Source of the DNA: an uncultured Chloroflexia bacterium
GTDB lineage: Bacteria; Chloroflexota; Limnocylindria; Limnocylindrales; CSP1-4
Assembly (NCBI GenBank): GCA_963712735.1
Contig: CAVQIZ010000002.1
Location: 186,791 to 250,790, forward strand
Direction: 5' to 3'
DNA: 64,000 nucleotides
Under the pieces are notes generated by a model. That model searched no databases. It worked only from the letters and a program-made list of their open reading frames with translations, and was not told the DNA's origin. Both the position numbers and the translations under genes were made by a program. Below are positions 11,025 to 21,546 of this stretch, piece after piece (the stretch's first letter is position 1; every line of letters begins with the position of its first letter).

Positions 11025-11637
11025 GCTCCGGGCATATTCATTCATCGACAGCCTGCAGGCCCAGTACGCGGCCTTCCTGGGCACCGTCGCGCAGGGCTTC
11101 CTGCCCCTCGCCGGCGACGCCTCGCTGTCGATCGAGATCTCGCCCGGCATCGAGATCAACCGCCTCACCGACGTGGCCCTCAAGTCCACGCAGGTGAAGC
11201 CGGGCATGCAGATCATCGAGCGCTACTACGGCATGCTGGAGGTCCACTCCCCCAGCCAGGCGGAGGTGCGCGCCGCCGGCGCTGCCATCCTCGCCGAGAT
11301 GGGCCTGACGGAGACCGACCGCATCAAGCCGCGGGTGCTCTCGTCGCAGATCATCCGCCGCATCGACGACCACCAGGCGCAGCTCATCAACCGTACCCGG
11401 CACGGGCAGATGCTCATCCCGGGTCAGACGCTGTACGTGCTGGAGATGGAGCCCGCGGCCTACGCCGCCCTGGCCGCCAACGAGGCCGAGAAGGCAGCGG
11501 ACATCAACATCCTCGAAGTGCGCAACTTCGGCTCCATGGGCCGCATCTACCTCGGTGGCGAGGAGCGCGACATCGACGTCGGCTGGCGCGCCGCGCTGGC
11601 CGCGGTCGAGGGGCTGGAGGGTCGCGAGGCGAAGTAG
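11011..11637 (+). CDS. divergent tandem BMC-domain shell protein (BMC-T-like)
   Basis: GTG 11011 after GGAGG. Two halves each align to the PduA fold: ...[34 protein letters not shown]...[10 protein letters not shown] and [61 protein letters not shown]. Confidence 0.5.
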
Positions 11638-11703
11638 CAGCGGCCGATCGGGCAGCACACCAGAGAGACGAGTCAGACAGGCAACGCAAGGGAGAACGAA
11701 GAG

Positions 11704-12018
11704 ATGGCAGAAGCACTGGGCATGATCGAGGCGCGCGGCTTCACCGCCGTGGTCGAGGCCGCCGACGCGATGGTCAAGGCCGCCAAGGTCGAGCTGGTCA
11801 GCTATGAGAAGACCGGCGGCGGCTACGTCACCGTCGTCGTGCGCGGCGACGTCGCCGCCGTCAAGGCCGCGGTCGATGCCGGCGTGCGCAACGCCGAGAA
11901 GGTGGGCGAGGTCGTCAGCAGCCACGTCATCGCACGGCCGCACACCAACGTCGACCTGGTCATGCCGCTGGGCCGCCTGGACGAGGCCGAGTCCGAGTCC
12001 GGCAGCAAGAAGAAGTAG
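11704..12018 (+). CDS. BMC-H shell protein (PduA/EutM-like, Pfam BMC domain)
   Basis: [80 protein letters not shown] - canonical BMC-H sequence. Confidence 0.93.
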   Translation: MAEALGMIEARGFTAVVEAADAMVKAAKVELVSYEKTGGGYVTVVVRGDVAAVKAAVDAGVRNAEKVGEVVSSHVIARPHTNVDLVMPLGRLDEAESESGSKKK

Positions 12019-12087
12019 CGCAGGTGGGGCGCATCGGGCCCACGGGCCTGGTGCGCCACTCCCCTGCCCCTGACAGGCGGTAGAACG

Positions 12088-12375
12088 ATGTTGCTCGGAC
12101 GAGTGACCGGCACGGTGGTGGCCAGCCGCAAGGAGCCACTGACCGAGGGCTGGAAGCTCCTCGTCGTGCGCCAGCTCGACGCGGAGGACAAGGAGACCGG
12201 CGGCTATGTCGTGGCGGCCGATGCGGTCGGCGCGGGCGTGGGCGAGGTGGTGCTGTACGCGAGCGGCAGCTCCGCGCGCAATACCGAGACCACCCGCGAC
12301 AAGCCCTGCGACGCGGTGATCATGGCCATCGTCGACACCTGGGAGATCGAGGGGAAGGAGATCTACCGCAAGTAG
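12088..12375 (+). CDS. BMC-P vertex protein (EutN/PduN/CcmL family), copy 1
   Basis: [30 protein letters not shown]...[24 protein letters not shown] matches EutN_CcmL fold. Confidence 0.9.
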   Translation: MLLGRVTGTVVASRKEPLTEGWKLLVVRQLDAEDKETGGYVVAADAVGAGVGEVVLYASGSSARNTETTRDKPCDAVIMAIVDTWEIEGKEIYRK

Positions 12376-12405
12376 CCGGTCACCGGCTGGGCGCGGGCAC
12401 GACGC

Positions 12406-13861
12406 ATGGACGAACGCGAGATCGCGCAGATCATCGAACGGGTGCGGGGCCGCCTGGCGGCGGCCGACGGGGCACGCCCCGGGGCCGGCATGCAGGCCGC
12501 CGCCGAGGTGGCGCAGGCCGCCGAGGCGGAGCTGGGCGACGGCATCCACGCGAGCGTCGATGACGCCGTTGCCGCCGCCACGCGCGCGTTCCGTGCCTTC
12601 GGCGACAGCGGCCTCGGCACCCGCAAGGCCGTCATCGAGGCGGTCCGCGCCTCGATGCTGGCTCACGCGGAGCAGCTGGCCCGCATGGCCCATCTCGAGA
12701 CCGGCATCGGCCGCTACGAGGACAAGGTCGTCAAGAACCGGCTGGTGACCACCAAGGCGCCGGGGCCAGAGGACCTCGAGGTCGCAGGCCGTCAGTGGCG
12801 ACCAGGGCATGATGGTCACCGAGTGGGCGCCCTTCGGGGTCGTGGGCGCCATCAGCCCGGTGACCAACCCCACCTCGACCGTCATCAACAACACCATCAG
12901 CATCGTCTCGGCCGGGAACGCGGTGGTCTTCAACGCACACCCATCGGCGCGAGCCTGCTCGGCAGAGACCATCCGGCTCATCAACCGCGCCATCGTCGGC
13001 GCCGGCGGACCGCCCGACCTGGTCACCGGCGTCGCCGTCCCCACCATCGACACGGCGCGCGCGCTGATGAACCACCCCGGCGTGCGCGTGCTGCTCGTCA
13101 CCGGCGGCCCCGGCGTGGTGCGGGAGGCCCTGCGCACGGACAAGCGCGCCATCACCGCCGGTCCCGGCAATCCGCCCGCGGTGGTGGACCAGACCGCCGA
13201 CATCGAGCGCGCCGCGGCCGACATCGTGCGCGGCGCGTCGTTCGACAACAACCTCGTCTGTATCGACGAGAAGGTCGTGCTGGCGGTCGACAGCATCGCC
13301 GACCGCCTGCTGCGAGCCATGAGCCAGCGGGGCGCCTATCTGCTCAAGGAGCACGAGCTGCGACGCCTGGAGCGCGTCATCTTCAAGGAGCTGGGCCCGC
13401 CCGGCAAGCCCGGCGTGATGAACCCGGCCTGGATCGGCAAGGACGCCTCGAAGATCCTGGCCGAGATCGGCGTGCAGGCAGAACCCGAGCCGCGGCTGCT
13501 GGTGGCCGACGTGCCGCGCGAGCACAGCCTCGCCTGGACCGAGCAGATGATGCCGGTGCTGCCGGTCGTGCGCGTGGGCAACGTCGAGACGGCCATCGAG
13601 CTGGCGGTGCGCATGGAGCACGGCTTCCACCACACGGCCTCCATCCACTCCACCAACGTCGATGCCATCACGCGCATGGCCCGCGCCATGAACTGCAGCA
13701 TCTTCGTGGCCAACGGGCCCAATCTCGCGGGCCTCGGGGCCGGTGGCGAGGGCTTCACCTCGTTCTCCATCGCCTCGCCCACCGGCGACGGCATGACGCG
13801 GCCGCGGACGTTCTCGCGCGAGCGACGGGTCACCGTCGTGGGCGCGCTGAGGATCGTGTAG
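12406..13861 (+). CDS. CoA-acylating aldehyde dehydrogenase (PduP/EutE-like) with N-terminal encapsulation-peptide-like helix; frameshift ~12786
   Basis: [17 protein letters not shown]... then, in the +1 frame from ~12790: [50 protein letters not shown]...[11 protein letters not shown]...(catalytic Cys region); 1-nt insertion after LEV. Confidence 0.85.
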
Positions 13862-14475
13862 TGCCGATCGCCCGCGGCCGACTCCCCTCCCGCCATCGAG
13901 CCGGCGCTGGGGCTGCTCGAGCTGGAGACGGTGCCGGCCGGCATCGCCGCCGGCGACGCCATGGCCAAGCGCGCACCCATCGAGCTCATCCGGGCCGGTA
14001 CCGTGCACCCGGGCAAGTTCCTCGTGCTCGTGGCCGGCGCGGTGGCCGATGTCGAGGAGGCCCTCGCAGGCCGGCCGCGAGAGCGGCGGCCTGGCCGTGC
14101 GCGACGTGGTCTTCCTGCCCCACATCCACGCCGACGTGGTGGCGGGCGTGCGCGGACGGCGCCTGGCGGCCGGGACCGAGGCGCTGGGCATCATCGAGAC
14201 GGCCACCATCCCGGCCATCATCCGTGCCGCCGATGCGGGGGTGAAGGGCGCGCAGGTGCAGGCTGCTGGAGCTGCGGCTGGCGGATGACCTCGGCGGCAA
14301 GGGCTACCTGCTCTTCGACGGCGCCGTCTCCGAGGTGGAGGCGGCCGTCGAGCTGGGCCTGGCCGCGGTGGGCGAGGCGCGCGGCCTCAGCGCACGCGTC
14401 ATCGCGCAGCTGCACGCCGAGATGGCGGAGAACCTCGCCGCCGACGCCCGCTTCGCCGCGCGAGTCGGGGCGTAG
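13861..14475 (+). CDS. tandem-BMC-domain shell protein (PduT-like BMC-T), frame broken 2-3 times
   Basis: Domain 1 ALGLLELETVPAGIAAGDAMAKRAPIELIRAGTVHPGKFLVLVAGAVADVEEAL (frame 2), linker/second-domain start in frame 0 (EALGIIETATIPAIIRAADAGVKGAQVQ), C-terminus LLELRLADDLGGKGYLLFDGAVSEVEAAVELG... in frame 1 ending TAG 14475; likely start GTG 13861 overlapping aldDH stop needs one more shift. Confidence 0.65.
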
Positions 14476-14479
14476 TCCG

Positions 14480-14771
14480 ATGCAGCTCGCACGCGTGACC
14501 GGCACGGTCGTCGCCAGCACCAAGGTGGCGGGGCTCGAGGGCGTCAAGCTGCTCATCATCCAGCCGCTCGACCGCGCCCTGCGGCCCGGCCGGCAAGCCG
14601 GTCGTGGCAGCTGACGCGGTGCACATGGCCGGCCCCGGTGAGCTGGTCTACTTCGTGGCCTCGCGGGAGGCGGCACAGGCGCTCGAGGAGACGTTCGTGC
14701 CGGTGGACCACGCCATCGTCGGCATCGTCGACGCGGTCACGGAGCTGCCCGCTGCGGAGGACGGCGCGTGA
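14480..14771 (+). CDS. BMC-P vertex protein (EutN/PduN family), copy 2, frameshift ~14590
   Basis: [36 protein letters not shown] then (frame 0) GKPVVAADAVHMAGPGELVYFVASREAAQALEETFVPVDHAIVGIVDAV...; stop TGA 14769..14771. Confidence 0.75.
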
Positions 14772-15043
14772 AGCTCGCGCGGGTGGTGGGCAACGTCGTC
14801 TCCACCATCAACACGCCGGACTTCGAGGACCGCACCCTGCTGCTGTGCGACCTGCTCGGCCCGGACGGTGCTCCGGCCGGCGGCTACCAGATCGCGGTCG
14901 ACAACATCGGCGCGGGCGCCGGCGAGATGGTGCTGCTGCTCGACGAGGGCAACGGCGCGCGCCAGGTGCTGAACGCCCCGGGCGCGCCCATCCGCACGGT
15001 CGTCATCGGCATCGTCGACGAGGTCATCGAAGACGCGCGCTGA
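14768..15043 (+). CDS. BMC-P vertex protein (EutN/PduN family), copy 3
   Basis: GTGA overlap with previous gene; MKLARVVGNVVSTINTPDFEDRTLLLCDLL...YQIAVDNIGAGAGEMVLLLDEGNGARQVLN...VVIGIVDEV. Confidence 0.85.
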   Translation: MKLARVVGNVVSTINTPDFEDRTLLLCDLLGPDGAPAGGYQIAVDNIGAGAGEMVLLLDEGNGARQVLNAPGAPIRTVVIGIVDEVIEDAR

Positions 15044-17872
15044 GCCACGCAAGGCTGCGCCGGGCAGCGATGCCTGGCGGCGGGGCAGACGGCTGCGCGC
15101 GGGTGGCAGCACCAAGGTGATCAGGACGCGGCCGGCTCCTCGGACGCGCCGGCGGAACTTGGGCACCTCGTCGACGGGGATCTTCCAGACGCGCTTGCGG
15201 ATCTCGGCGATCACCAGCAGCGACATGCCGACGACGACGCAGAGGACCCACTGGTCGAACGTCAGCCCCACCGTGCCAAGGAGACGCTGCAGCAGGCCGA
15301 GCTCGGTGGCGAGGACCGTGATGAGCACAGAGGCGACGGTGGCAAGGATGAATGTCCGGTCAGCCAGGACCTCGTGGCTCAGCGCCGAGCGCGTCTCGTC
15401 CTTGGTCGAGATGGAGATCGCGATGTTGAACACGGCGAAGGTCACGAAGCCCATCGTCCGCCCCACGTCGTCACCGAACTGGCGGGCGCCCCAGTCGATG
15501 ACGAGCAGGGTGCCGGCGCCGATGATCAGCCCCACCAGCGCCAGCCACGTCAGCATCTGCCGGCCCAGGATGGGCACGCCCGCCGGCCTCGGCTTGCGAT
15601 CCATCAGGCCCGGCGTGGGCTCGGCGAAGCCCAGCCCGAACGCCTGGCTCAGCTGCACGGAGAAGTTGATGAAGATCGTCTGTGCCGGCAGGAACGGCAC
15701 GCCGCTCGCGATCCAGAAGATCGACGAGCCGAGGAAGGTGGCGATGAAGCCGAAGAGCCCGGCCATCTGGAAGCGGATGTAGCGCTGCAGGTTGTCGTAG
15801 ATGCTGCGGCCGAGGCGAACCGCCTTGACGATGGTGCTGAAGTTGTCGTCGGTCAGGATCATCACCGCGGCCTCCTTGGAGACCTCGGTCCCGGTGATGC
15901 CCATGGCGACGCCGATGTCGGCGGTCTTGAGCGCAGGCGCGTCGTTGACGCCGTCACCGGTCATGGCCACGACGCGCTTCTCGCGCTGCAGCAGCTGCAC
16001 GAGGCGAACCTTGTCCTCTGGCGTGACCCTGGCGATGATGCCGATGTCGTCGAGCTCGGCGAGCGCCTGCTCGTCGGACATGGCCCGGAACTCGGCGCCG
16101 CTGATGGCTCGCCCCCGCAGACCCAGGTCACGACCGATGGCCTCGGCCGTGACCACGTGGTCCCCGGTGATCATGCGTACCGCGATCCCGGCACGATGAG
16201 CCGTGGCGACGGCGTCGCGCACCTCGGGACGGGGCGGATCCATGATGCCGACGAGGGCCATCAGCGTGAGACCCTCGATCTGCGCCAGCAGGTCGCCAGC
16301 GGGATCGAAGTCCTTGGGCGCGATGTCCTTGCGCGCGGTGGCGAGGACACGCAGACCGTGTGAGGCCAGCCGGTCGTTCTCGGCCATGTAGCGCTCGCGG
16401 ACGTCGTCGTTCACCGTCACGGGATCGTCCTCACGCGCGAAGACGCTGGCGGCACGCGCCAGCAGCTGGTCGGGCGCACCCTTGACGTAGGCGCGGACGA
16501 CCTCCTTGCCGCGCTCGTCGGTCATGTGGTGGAAGGTCGCCATCAGCTTGTAGGCGGCGTCGAAGGGCAGCACCGCAGCGCGCGGATAGGCCTCGCGCGT
16601 GACCTCGGTGCTGAGACCACCCTTGGCCGCCAGGACGACCAGGGCGCCCTCGGTGGGGTCGCCCACCAGCTCGCCGTTGCGCGCGACCGCATCGGCTGCC
16701 AGGACCATGGGCATCAGGAACTGCTCGAGGTCCTCATCGACCCGACCACCCTCGTGGAGGATCTGGCCCTCGAAGCCGTAGCCGCTGCCGGTGATCTCGT
16801 AGCGGCGGCCGACGGTCGCCATCTCGACGGCGGTCATCTGGTTGAGCGTGAGGGTGCCGGTCTTGTCCGAGTTGATGGCGGAGGTCGCTCCCAGCGTCTC
16901 GACCGAGCGCAGGTTCTTGACGATGGCACCAGCCTCGGCCAGCGTCCGCGTACCCAGGGAGAGGATGGTCGTGACGACCGCCGGCAGGCCCGTGGGGATG
17001 GCGGCGACGGCGAAGGCGATGGCGGCCACGAACAGCTCGTCGAAGGGCTCGCCGCGCAGCAGGCCGAGCAGCATCGAGGCGATGAGCGCGGCCCCGGCGA
17101 TGGCGATGAGCTGGCGCGTGAGACGAGCCAGCTGGAGCGTGAGCGGGGTGACGGTCGCGTCCGCCTGCTCGAGCATCTCGGAGATGTGGCCCACCTCGGT
17201 CGCCATGCCGGTGGCCGTGACCACGAACGAACCCGAGCCACGCGTGGCGCTGGTGTTCATGAAGACCATGTTGGTGCGGTCGCCCAGGGTGGTCTCGGGG
17301 TCCTCCATGGCGGCGATGCCCTTGGGCACCGGGACCGACTCGCCCGTCAGGGGCGACTCGTCCACCTCCAGTGTCGCGGCGACCAGCAGGCGTCCGTCAG
17401 CCGGGATCAGGTCGCCGGCTTCGACCGAGACGACGTCGCCCGGCACCAGCTGCTCGGCCGGCAGCTCCACGAGGTCGCCATCGCGCAGGACGCGCGCCTT
17501 GACGATCATCATCTCCTGGAGCGCCGCGACGGCGGCGGCGGCCTTGCCCTCCTGCGCCATGCCCATGGCGGCGTTCAGCAGCGTCAGGCCGATCAGCAGG
17601 ACGCCGGTGCTGACCTGCTCGACCGGCCAGATGCTGAAGATGCCCGCGACCAGCAGCACGATCTGCATCAGGTCCTGGTACTGCCGCAGGAAGGCCTGCC
17701 AGCCTGGCTCCTTCTTGCCCTCGCTGAACTTGTTGGGGCCGTACTGCGTGCGCCGGGCGGTGACGTCAGCGCTGGACAGGCCGGACCTGGCATCGACGCC
17801 GGCCTGGGCGAGGGCCTCCTCGGGCGTTAGCAGGAACGGAGCACGCTCGCTCGAGCTGGATGTGGCAGTCAC
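15044..17872 (-). CDS. P-type cation-transporting ATPase (Ca2+/Mg2+-type, P2); true 3' end uncertain (~15150-15180)
   Basis: MTATSSSSERAPFLLTPEEALAQAGV...; DKTGTLT phosphorylation motif, TGDGVNDAPAL, MITGD present; conserved core ends ...VIAEIRKRVWK near 15182 but the ORF reads on without stop to 14648, antisense to BMC-P genes. Confidence 0.8.
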
Positions 17873-17955
17873 GTTGTCGATCTCCCTACCGGGTCATACA
17901 GCGACGCATGCACGCTCGGCGTCGCGGCACCAATGGTATAGGCCGGCAAGTCCGC

Positions 17956-18913
17956 TCAGTCACCCGTGACGAGCGCGACGAGCTCGTCGCGCCAGGCAGC
18001 GCCGGCCTCCTCGAGGGCGATGATGACGCCCTCGCGCAAGCTGGCGTCCGAGGCCTCCATGACATCGAGGTTGTAGCAGTCGAGCGCCGCTTCGATGAGG
18101 CTGGCGCCGGCAGCCATCTGCAGGATGCGGCGCTCACGCAGACCGTACGTCTCGACCAGCTCGACCGAGGAGGTGGCCTTGACGATCTCGATGGCGCGCG
18201 AGCGTGCGCTCGGTATCGATGAGGCCAAGGTCGCCGACGTCCTCGTCACCCTCGGCGCTGGTCAGGCGGATGAGGTTGGTGCCAGAGCCACCGACCACGA
18301 TGCCCCGCCTGGGACGACCGGCGGGCAGGCTGGAGAAGAGATGGTGCGACTCGGCACGGAGCTCCTGCACCTCTTCCTCGGTCGGCGGGTCGTCCTCGAC
18401 ATGCTGGGCTGTCAGCCGCGCCGATCCCACGGGGATGACACCGATGACCGGATCGGCTCCGGGCTCGAGCAACACCACCTCCGACGAGCCACCGCCGATG
18501 TCGAGCACCAGCAACGGCTCTGCGACGGGCTCGCCATCGAGCACGCCGATGACGGTCAGCAGGGCCTCCTCGTCGTGGCTGAGGACGTGCAGCGGATAGC
18601 CCGTGGCCTCCTCCACCGCCCGGCAGAAGCGACTCCGGTTGGAGGCCCGGCGCAGCGGCTCGGTCGCCAGCAGGGTGATCGAGCTGGCCCCCTCTTCCTC
18701 GGCAGCGGTGACGTACTCGGCCAGGGCCTCGATGGCCGCGGCGGCGCCCTCGTCGGGGATGTAGCCCGCCAGGTCCACCATGGCACCGAGGCCAAGGAGC
18801 ACCGATTCGTCCCGGAGCACGATGGTCCGATCACCCTCCAGCTCGACCAGCAGGAGGTGAACGCTGTTGCTGCCGATGTCGACGGCGGCCGCGATGCGAG
18901 CCTGGTCGCCCAT
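17956..18913 (-). CDS. Ppx/GppA-family exopolyphosphatase / pppGpp phosphohydrolase (frameshift ~18225)
   Basis: MGDQARIAAAVDIGSNSVHLLLVELEG...LLATEPLRRASN...VLDIGGGSSEVV; C-terminal 85 aa (..AIEIVKATSSVELVETYGLRERRILQMAAGASLIEAAL...) in the -1 frame; shift in GCGCGCC. Confidence 0.75.
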
Positions 18914-18928
18914 GAGTGATACCCCGCG

Positions 18929-21085
18929 CTACGTGCGGGGTAGCGTACGCCCTCCATCGACGAGGTAGTGCACGAACCAGTCACGGATGCGCTCGAGGTT
19001 CTCGATGCGGCGGAAGGGCGTGCCGCTGCGTGTCAGCTCGTGCGTCTCACCCGGCGTGCGCATGAGGCGCACCGGCCGTCGCAGCGAGCGCAGCACGCTG
19101 AACAGCTCTTCCGCCTGCGTGATGGGGCAGCGCAAGTCCTGCTCGGCGTGCTGGATCAGCAGCGGCGTGCGGATCCGTGTGGCGTAGGTCAGGGGGCTCA
19201 GGCGGCGGTAGAGCTCGGGGTCCTCCCACGGATGCGCGCCCAGCTCGTAGCCGCCGAAGAGGGGGCCACCGAGATCGCCGCTGAGCATCTCCGCGGTCAT
19301 GTCGTAGACACCGCGGCAGGCGACGGCGGCCGCGTAGCGCTCGCTGTGGCCGATCATCCAGGCCGTCAGGTAGCCGCCGTAGGAGCCGCCGGTCACGCCG
19401 ATGCGCTCGGGGTCGACGCGGCCATCCGTGACCAGCGCGTCCACGCCGCTCTCGATGTCCGCCTGGGGGCCGTCGCCCCAGTCGCGGTAGTTGGCGAGGG
19501 CGAAGTCCTGGCCGTAGCCGGTGGAGCCGCGCGGGTTGCAGGCGTAGACGCTGATGCCGGAGGCGACGAGCAGCTGCCATTCCCACATCAGGGAGAAGCC
19601 GTAGAGCGTGGCGGGGCCACCGTGGATCTCGATCACCAGCGGAGCCGGCTTGCCGCGCCTGGCGGGCGCCTCGTAGAACCAGCCCTGGATGCGCCGGCCG
19701 TCGACCCTGTGCCAGCGCTCCTGCGGCTCGACGAGCGTGATGCCCTTCCAGGCCTCCTCCATGAGGCCGGTGAGCCGGCGCATGGCCCTGGGCTTGACGG
19801 GCTTGGCCGGCTTGGCGGCCGACTCGGCGGGGATGGTGAAGCTGACGAGATCGGGCGGGCTGGTGGCCGCAGCGCGGATGGCGACGACGGTCAGCGTGTC
19901 GGCGGCGGGGCCGATGCGTGGCGAGACCAGCATGTGCTGACCACTGGTGAGCCGCTCGACACGGCTGTCGGCGAGGCGCACGCGCCACAGCTCGAACGAG
20001 CCGTCGACCGGCGCGTTGAAGAAGATCGAGTCACCGTCGGGCGCCCACTGTGGACCGCTCGTGCCGGCACTGAAGAGGTCGCTGTTCATGGCGGCATCGA
20101 CGAAGAGGTCCGACTGCGCGGTCAGGTTCTTGCCGGCCTGGTCGGCGCGCGGACGGAAGACGTGCACGTCCTCGCGCGTGGGGTTGCCCGACTCCAGGCG
20201 ATGGCCGACGACGGCGATGCGCTTGCCGTCCGGGCTCCAGGCTGGGTGGGAGAAGACGCGCTCCTTGCCGGCACTCACACGCACGGGCTTGCCGCCGGCG
20301 GCATCGATGAGGGTGAGGTCGGCGCGCCAGGCCAGGTCGCGGTCGGGGCCACGGTCGGAGATGTAGGCGATGCGCTTGCCGTCGGGGCTCCAGGCCGGCT
20401 GCTCGTCGGCACTGCGACCGGACGTCAGGCGGCGCGCCTTGCCGCTGGCCACGTCGACGACCCACAGCTTGGGCGGGAACTCGTAGACGAAGCCGGCGCC
20501 GTTGAGCTGGTAGGACAGCTCGTCGATGAGACGGATGTCACGCCGCGGCGGCTCGCCGGCGTCCTTGCGCGACTGCGGCCGCCGGGTGGAGGTGGCGCCC
20601 GAGACGATGCACAGGCGGGTGCTGTCGGGGCTCCACTCGAGCGCACCAACGTCCTGCGGCAGGTCCGTGAGCTGATGGGCCTCCCCGCCCGCCAGCGGCA
20701 GCAGCCAGACCTGCACGCTGCCACGTGGGATGTCGCGCCCGACGAGGTCCTTGAGCCCGACCGGCGTGGCCTCCGCGCGGCGCATGTCCTCGGCGTCGCG
20801 CGGAGCGCCGCCCTTGCGCAGGACGGCGGCACGGTCGGACAGGAACGCCAGCCAGCGGCCGTCGGGGCTCCAGCGGGGCGCGGCATCGTGGCTGGCTCCG
20901 AGGGTCAGCTGGCGCGCGGGCTCGGATCCGTCGGTGGGCACGATCCACAGTGCGCTGCGATACCCGCTCTGGTCGGGTGCGCCCGACTTGACGACGAAAC
21001 AGGCGAAGCGCCCGTCGGGAGACAGGCGCACATCGGTAGGAACGCGCAGCGACGCGAGGTCGGCCGCGGTGGGCGATTTCGGCAT
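18929..21085 (-). CDS. S9-family serine peptidase (prolyl oligopeptidase / acylaminoacyl-peptidase-like) with N-terminal beta-propeller
   Basis: Start at MPKSPTAADLASL (21085); repeated WSPDG propeller motifs; C-terminal hydrolase GGSYGGYL (nucleophile Ser), ...HAEQDLRCP... Confidence 0.8.
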   Translation of the reverse strand: MPKSPTAADLASLRVPTDVRLSPDGRFACFVVKSGAPDQSGYRSALWIVPTDGSEPARQLTLGASHDAAPRWSPDGRWLAFLSDRAAVLRKGGAPRDAEDMRRAEATPVGLKDLVGRDIPRGSVQVWLLPLAGGEAHQLTDLPQDVGALEWSPDSTRLCIVSGATSTRRPQSRKDAGEPPRRDIRLIDELSYQLNGAGFVYEFPPKLWVVDVASGKARRLTSGRSADEQPAWSPDGKRIAYISDRGPDRDLAWRADLTLIDAAGGKPVRVSAGKERVFSHPAWSPDGKRIAVVGHRLESGNPTREDVHVFRPRADQAGKNLTAQSDLFVDAAMNSDLFSAGTSGPQWAPDGDSIFFNAPVDGSFELWRVRLADSRVERLTSGQHMLVSPRIGPAADTLTVVAIRAAATSPPDLVSFTIPAESAAKPAKPVKPRAMRRLTGLMEEAWKGITLVEPQERWHRVDGRRIQGWFYEAPARRGKPAPLVIEIHGGPATLYGFSLMWEWQLLVASGISVYACNPRGSTGYGQDFALANYRDWGDGPQADIESGVDALVTDGRVDPERIGVTGGSYGGYLTAWMIGHSERYAAAVACRGVYDMTAEMLSGDLGGPLFGGYELGAHPWEDPELYRRLSPLTYATRIRTPLLIQHAEQDLRCPITQAEELFSVLRSLRRPVRLMRTPGETHELTRSGTPFRRIENLERIRDWFVHYLVDGGRTLPRT

Positions 21086-21391
21086 CGAGCCATGGTACCT
21101 GTGCGCGGGTCGGCGATGGCCGCCGGGGGCGTGCGGTGGCCGCGGCGTGCGCCCGCGGCGGTCGGTCGAGCGTGGCCGCGGGGCGGTGATGGCCGCGCGG
21201 CGGTGATGGCCAGCGGCGTCGTCTCGCCCGGCCGTTGGTGCCGTCCTGGTTCCCTCCATGCGGGCGAGCGCGACCAACGACACGCCGAACGAGCTGGGAC
21301 TGCCCGTCGCGCGGTCGCCAGTGACATCCGCTCCCGCCCGGCGGTCCAACGCCTGCACCTGGGCATGAGGCCGTGTCGAAGTGTCCCTCCG

Positions 21392-21476
21392 GGCGGGAAC
21401 GCACGTGAGCGCCAGGCGGGAATGCACGTGAGCCAGGCGGGAATGCACGTGAGCTCAGGCGGGAGCGCACGGCGAC
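21392..21476. repeat. ~4 tandem copies of a 21-22-bp unit CAGGCGGGAATGCACGTGAGC (contains palindromic CACGTG)
   Basis: Units at 21392-21412, 21413-21433, 21434-21455, 21456-21476 (last degenerate); lies between arcA 3' end and the S9 peptidase 5' region; a second small direct repeat GCGGTGATGGCC x2 at ~21185-21210. Confidence 0.7.
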
Positions 21477-21546
21477 GCGCCGGCATGCCGCGCGCCACTG
21501 GCGACGCGCCGCGAACCTGGCAAGCGTGGCGAACACCCGCTGCGCG

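Noticed and set aside
14648-15043. Treating the ATPase ORF extension as real coding sequence
   Set aside because: It is antisense to two well-conserved BMC-P genes and has no ATPase homology beyond ~15180
16526-17830. 434-aa plus-strand ORF inside the P-type ATPase
   Set aside because: Antisense to a gene with unmistakable P-type ATPase motifs; no recognisable domains
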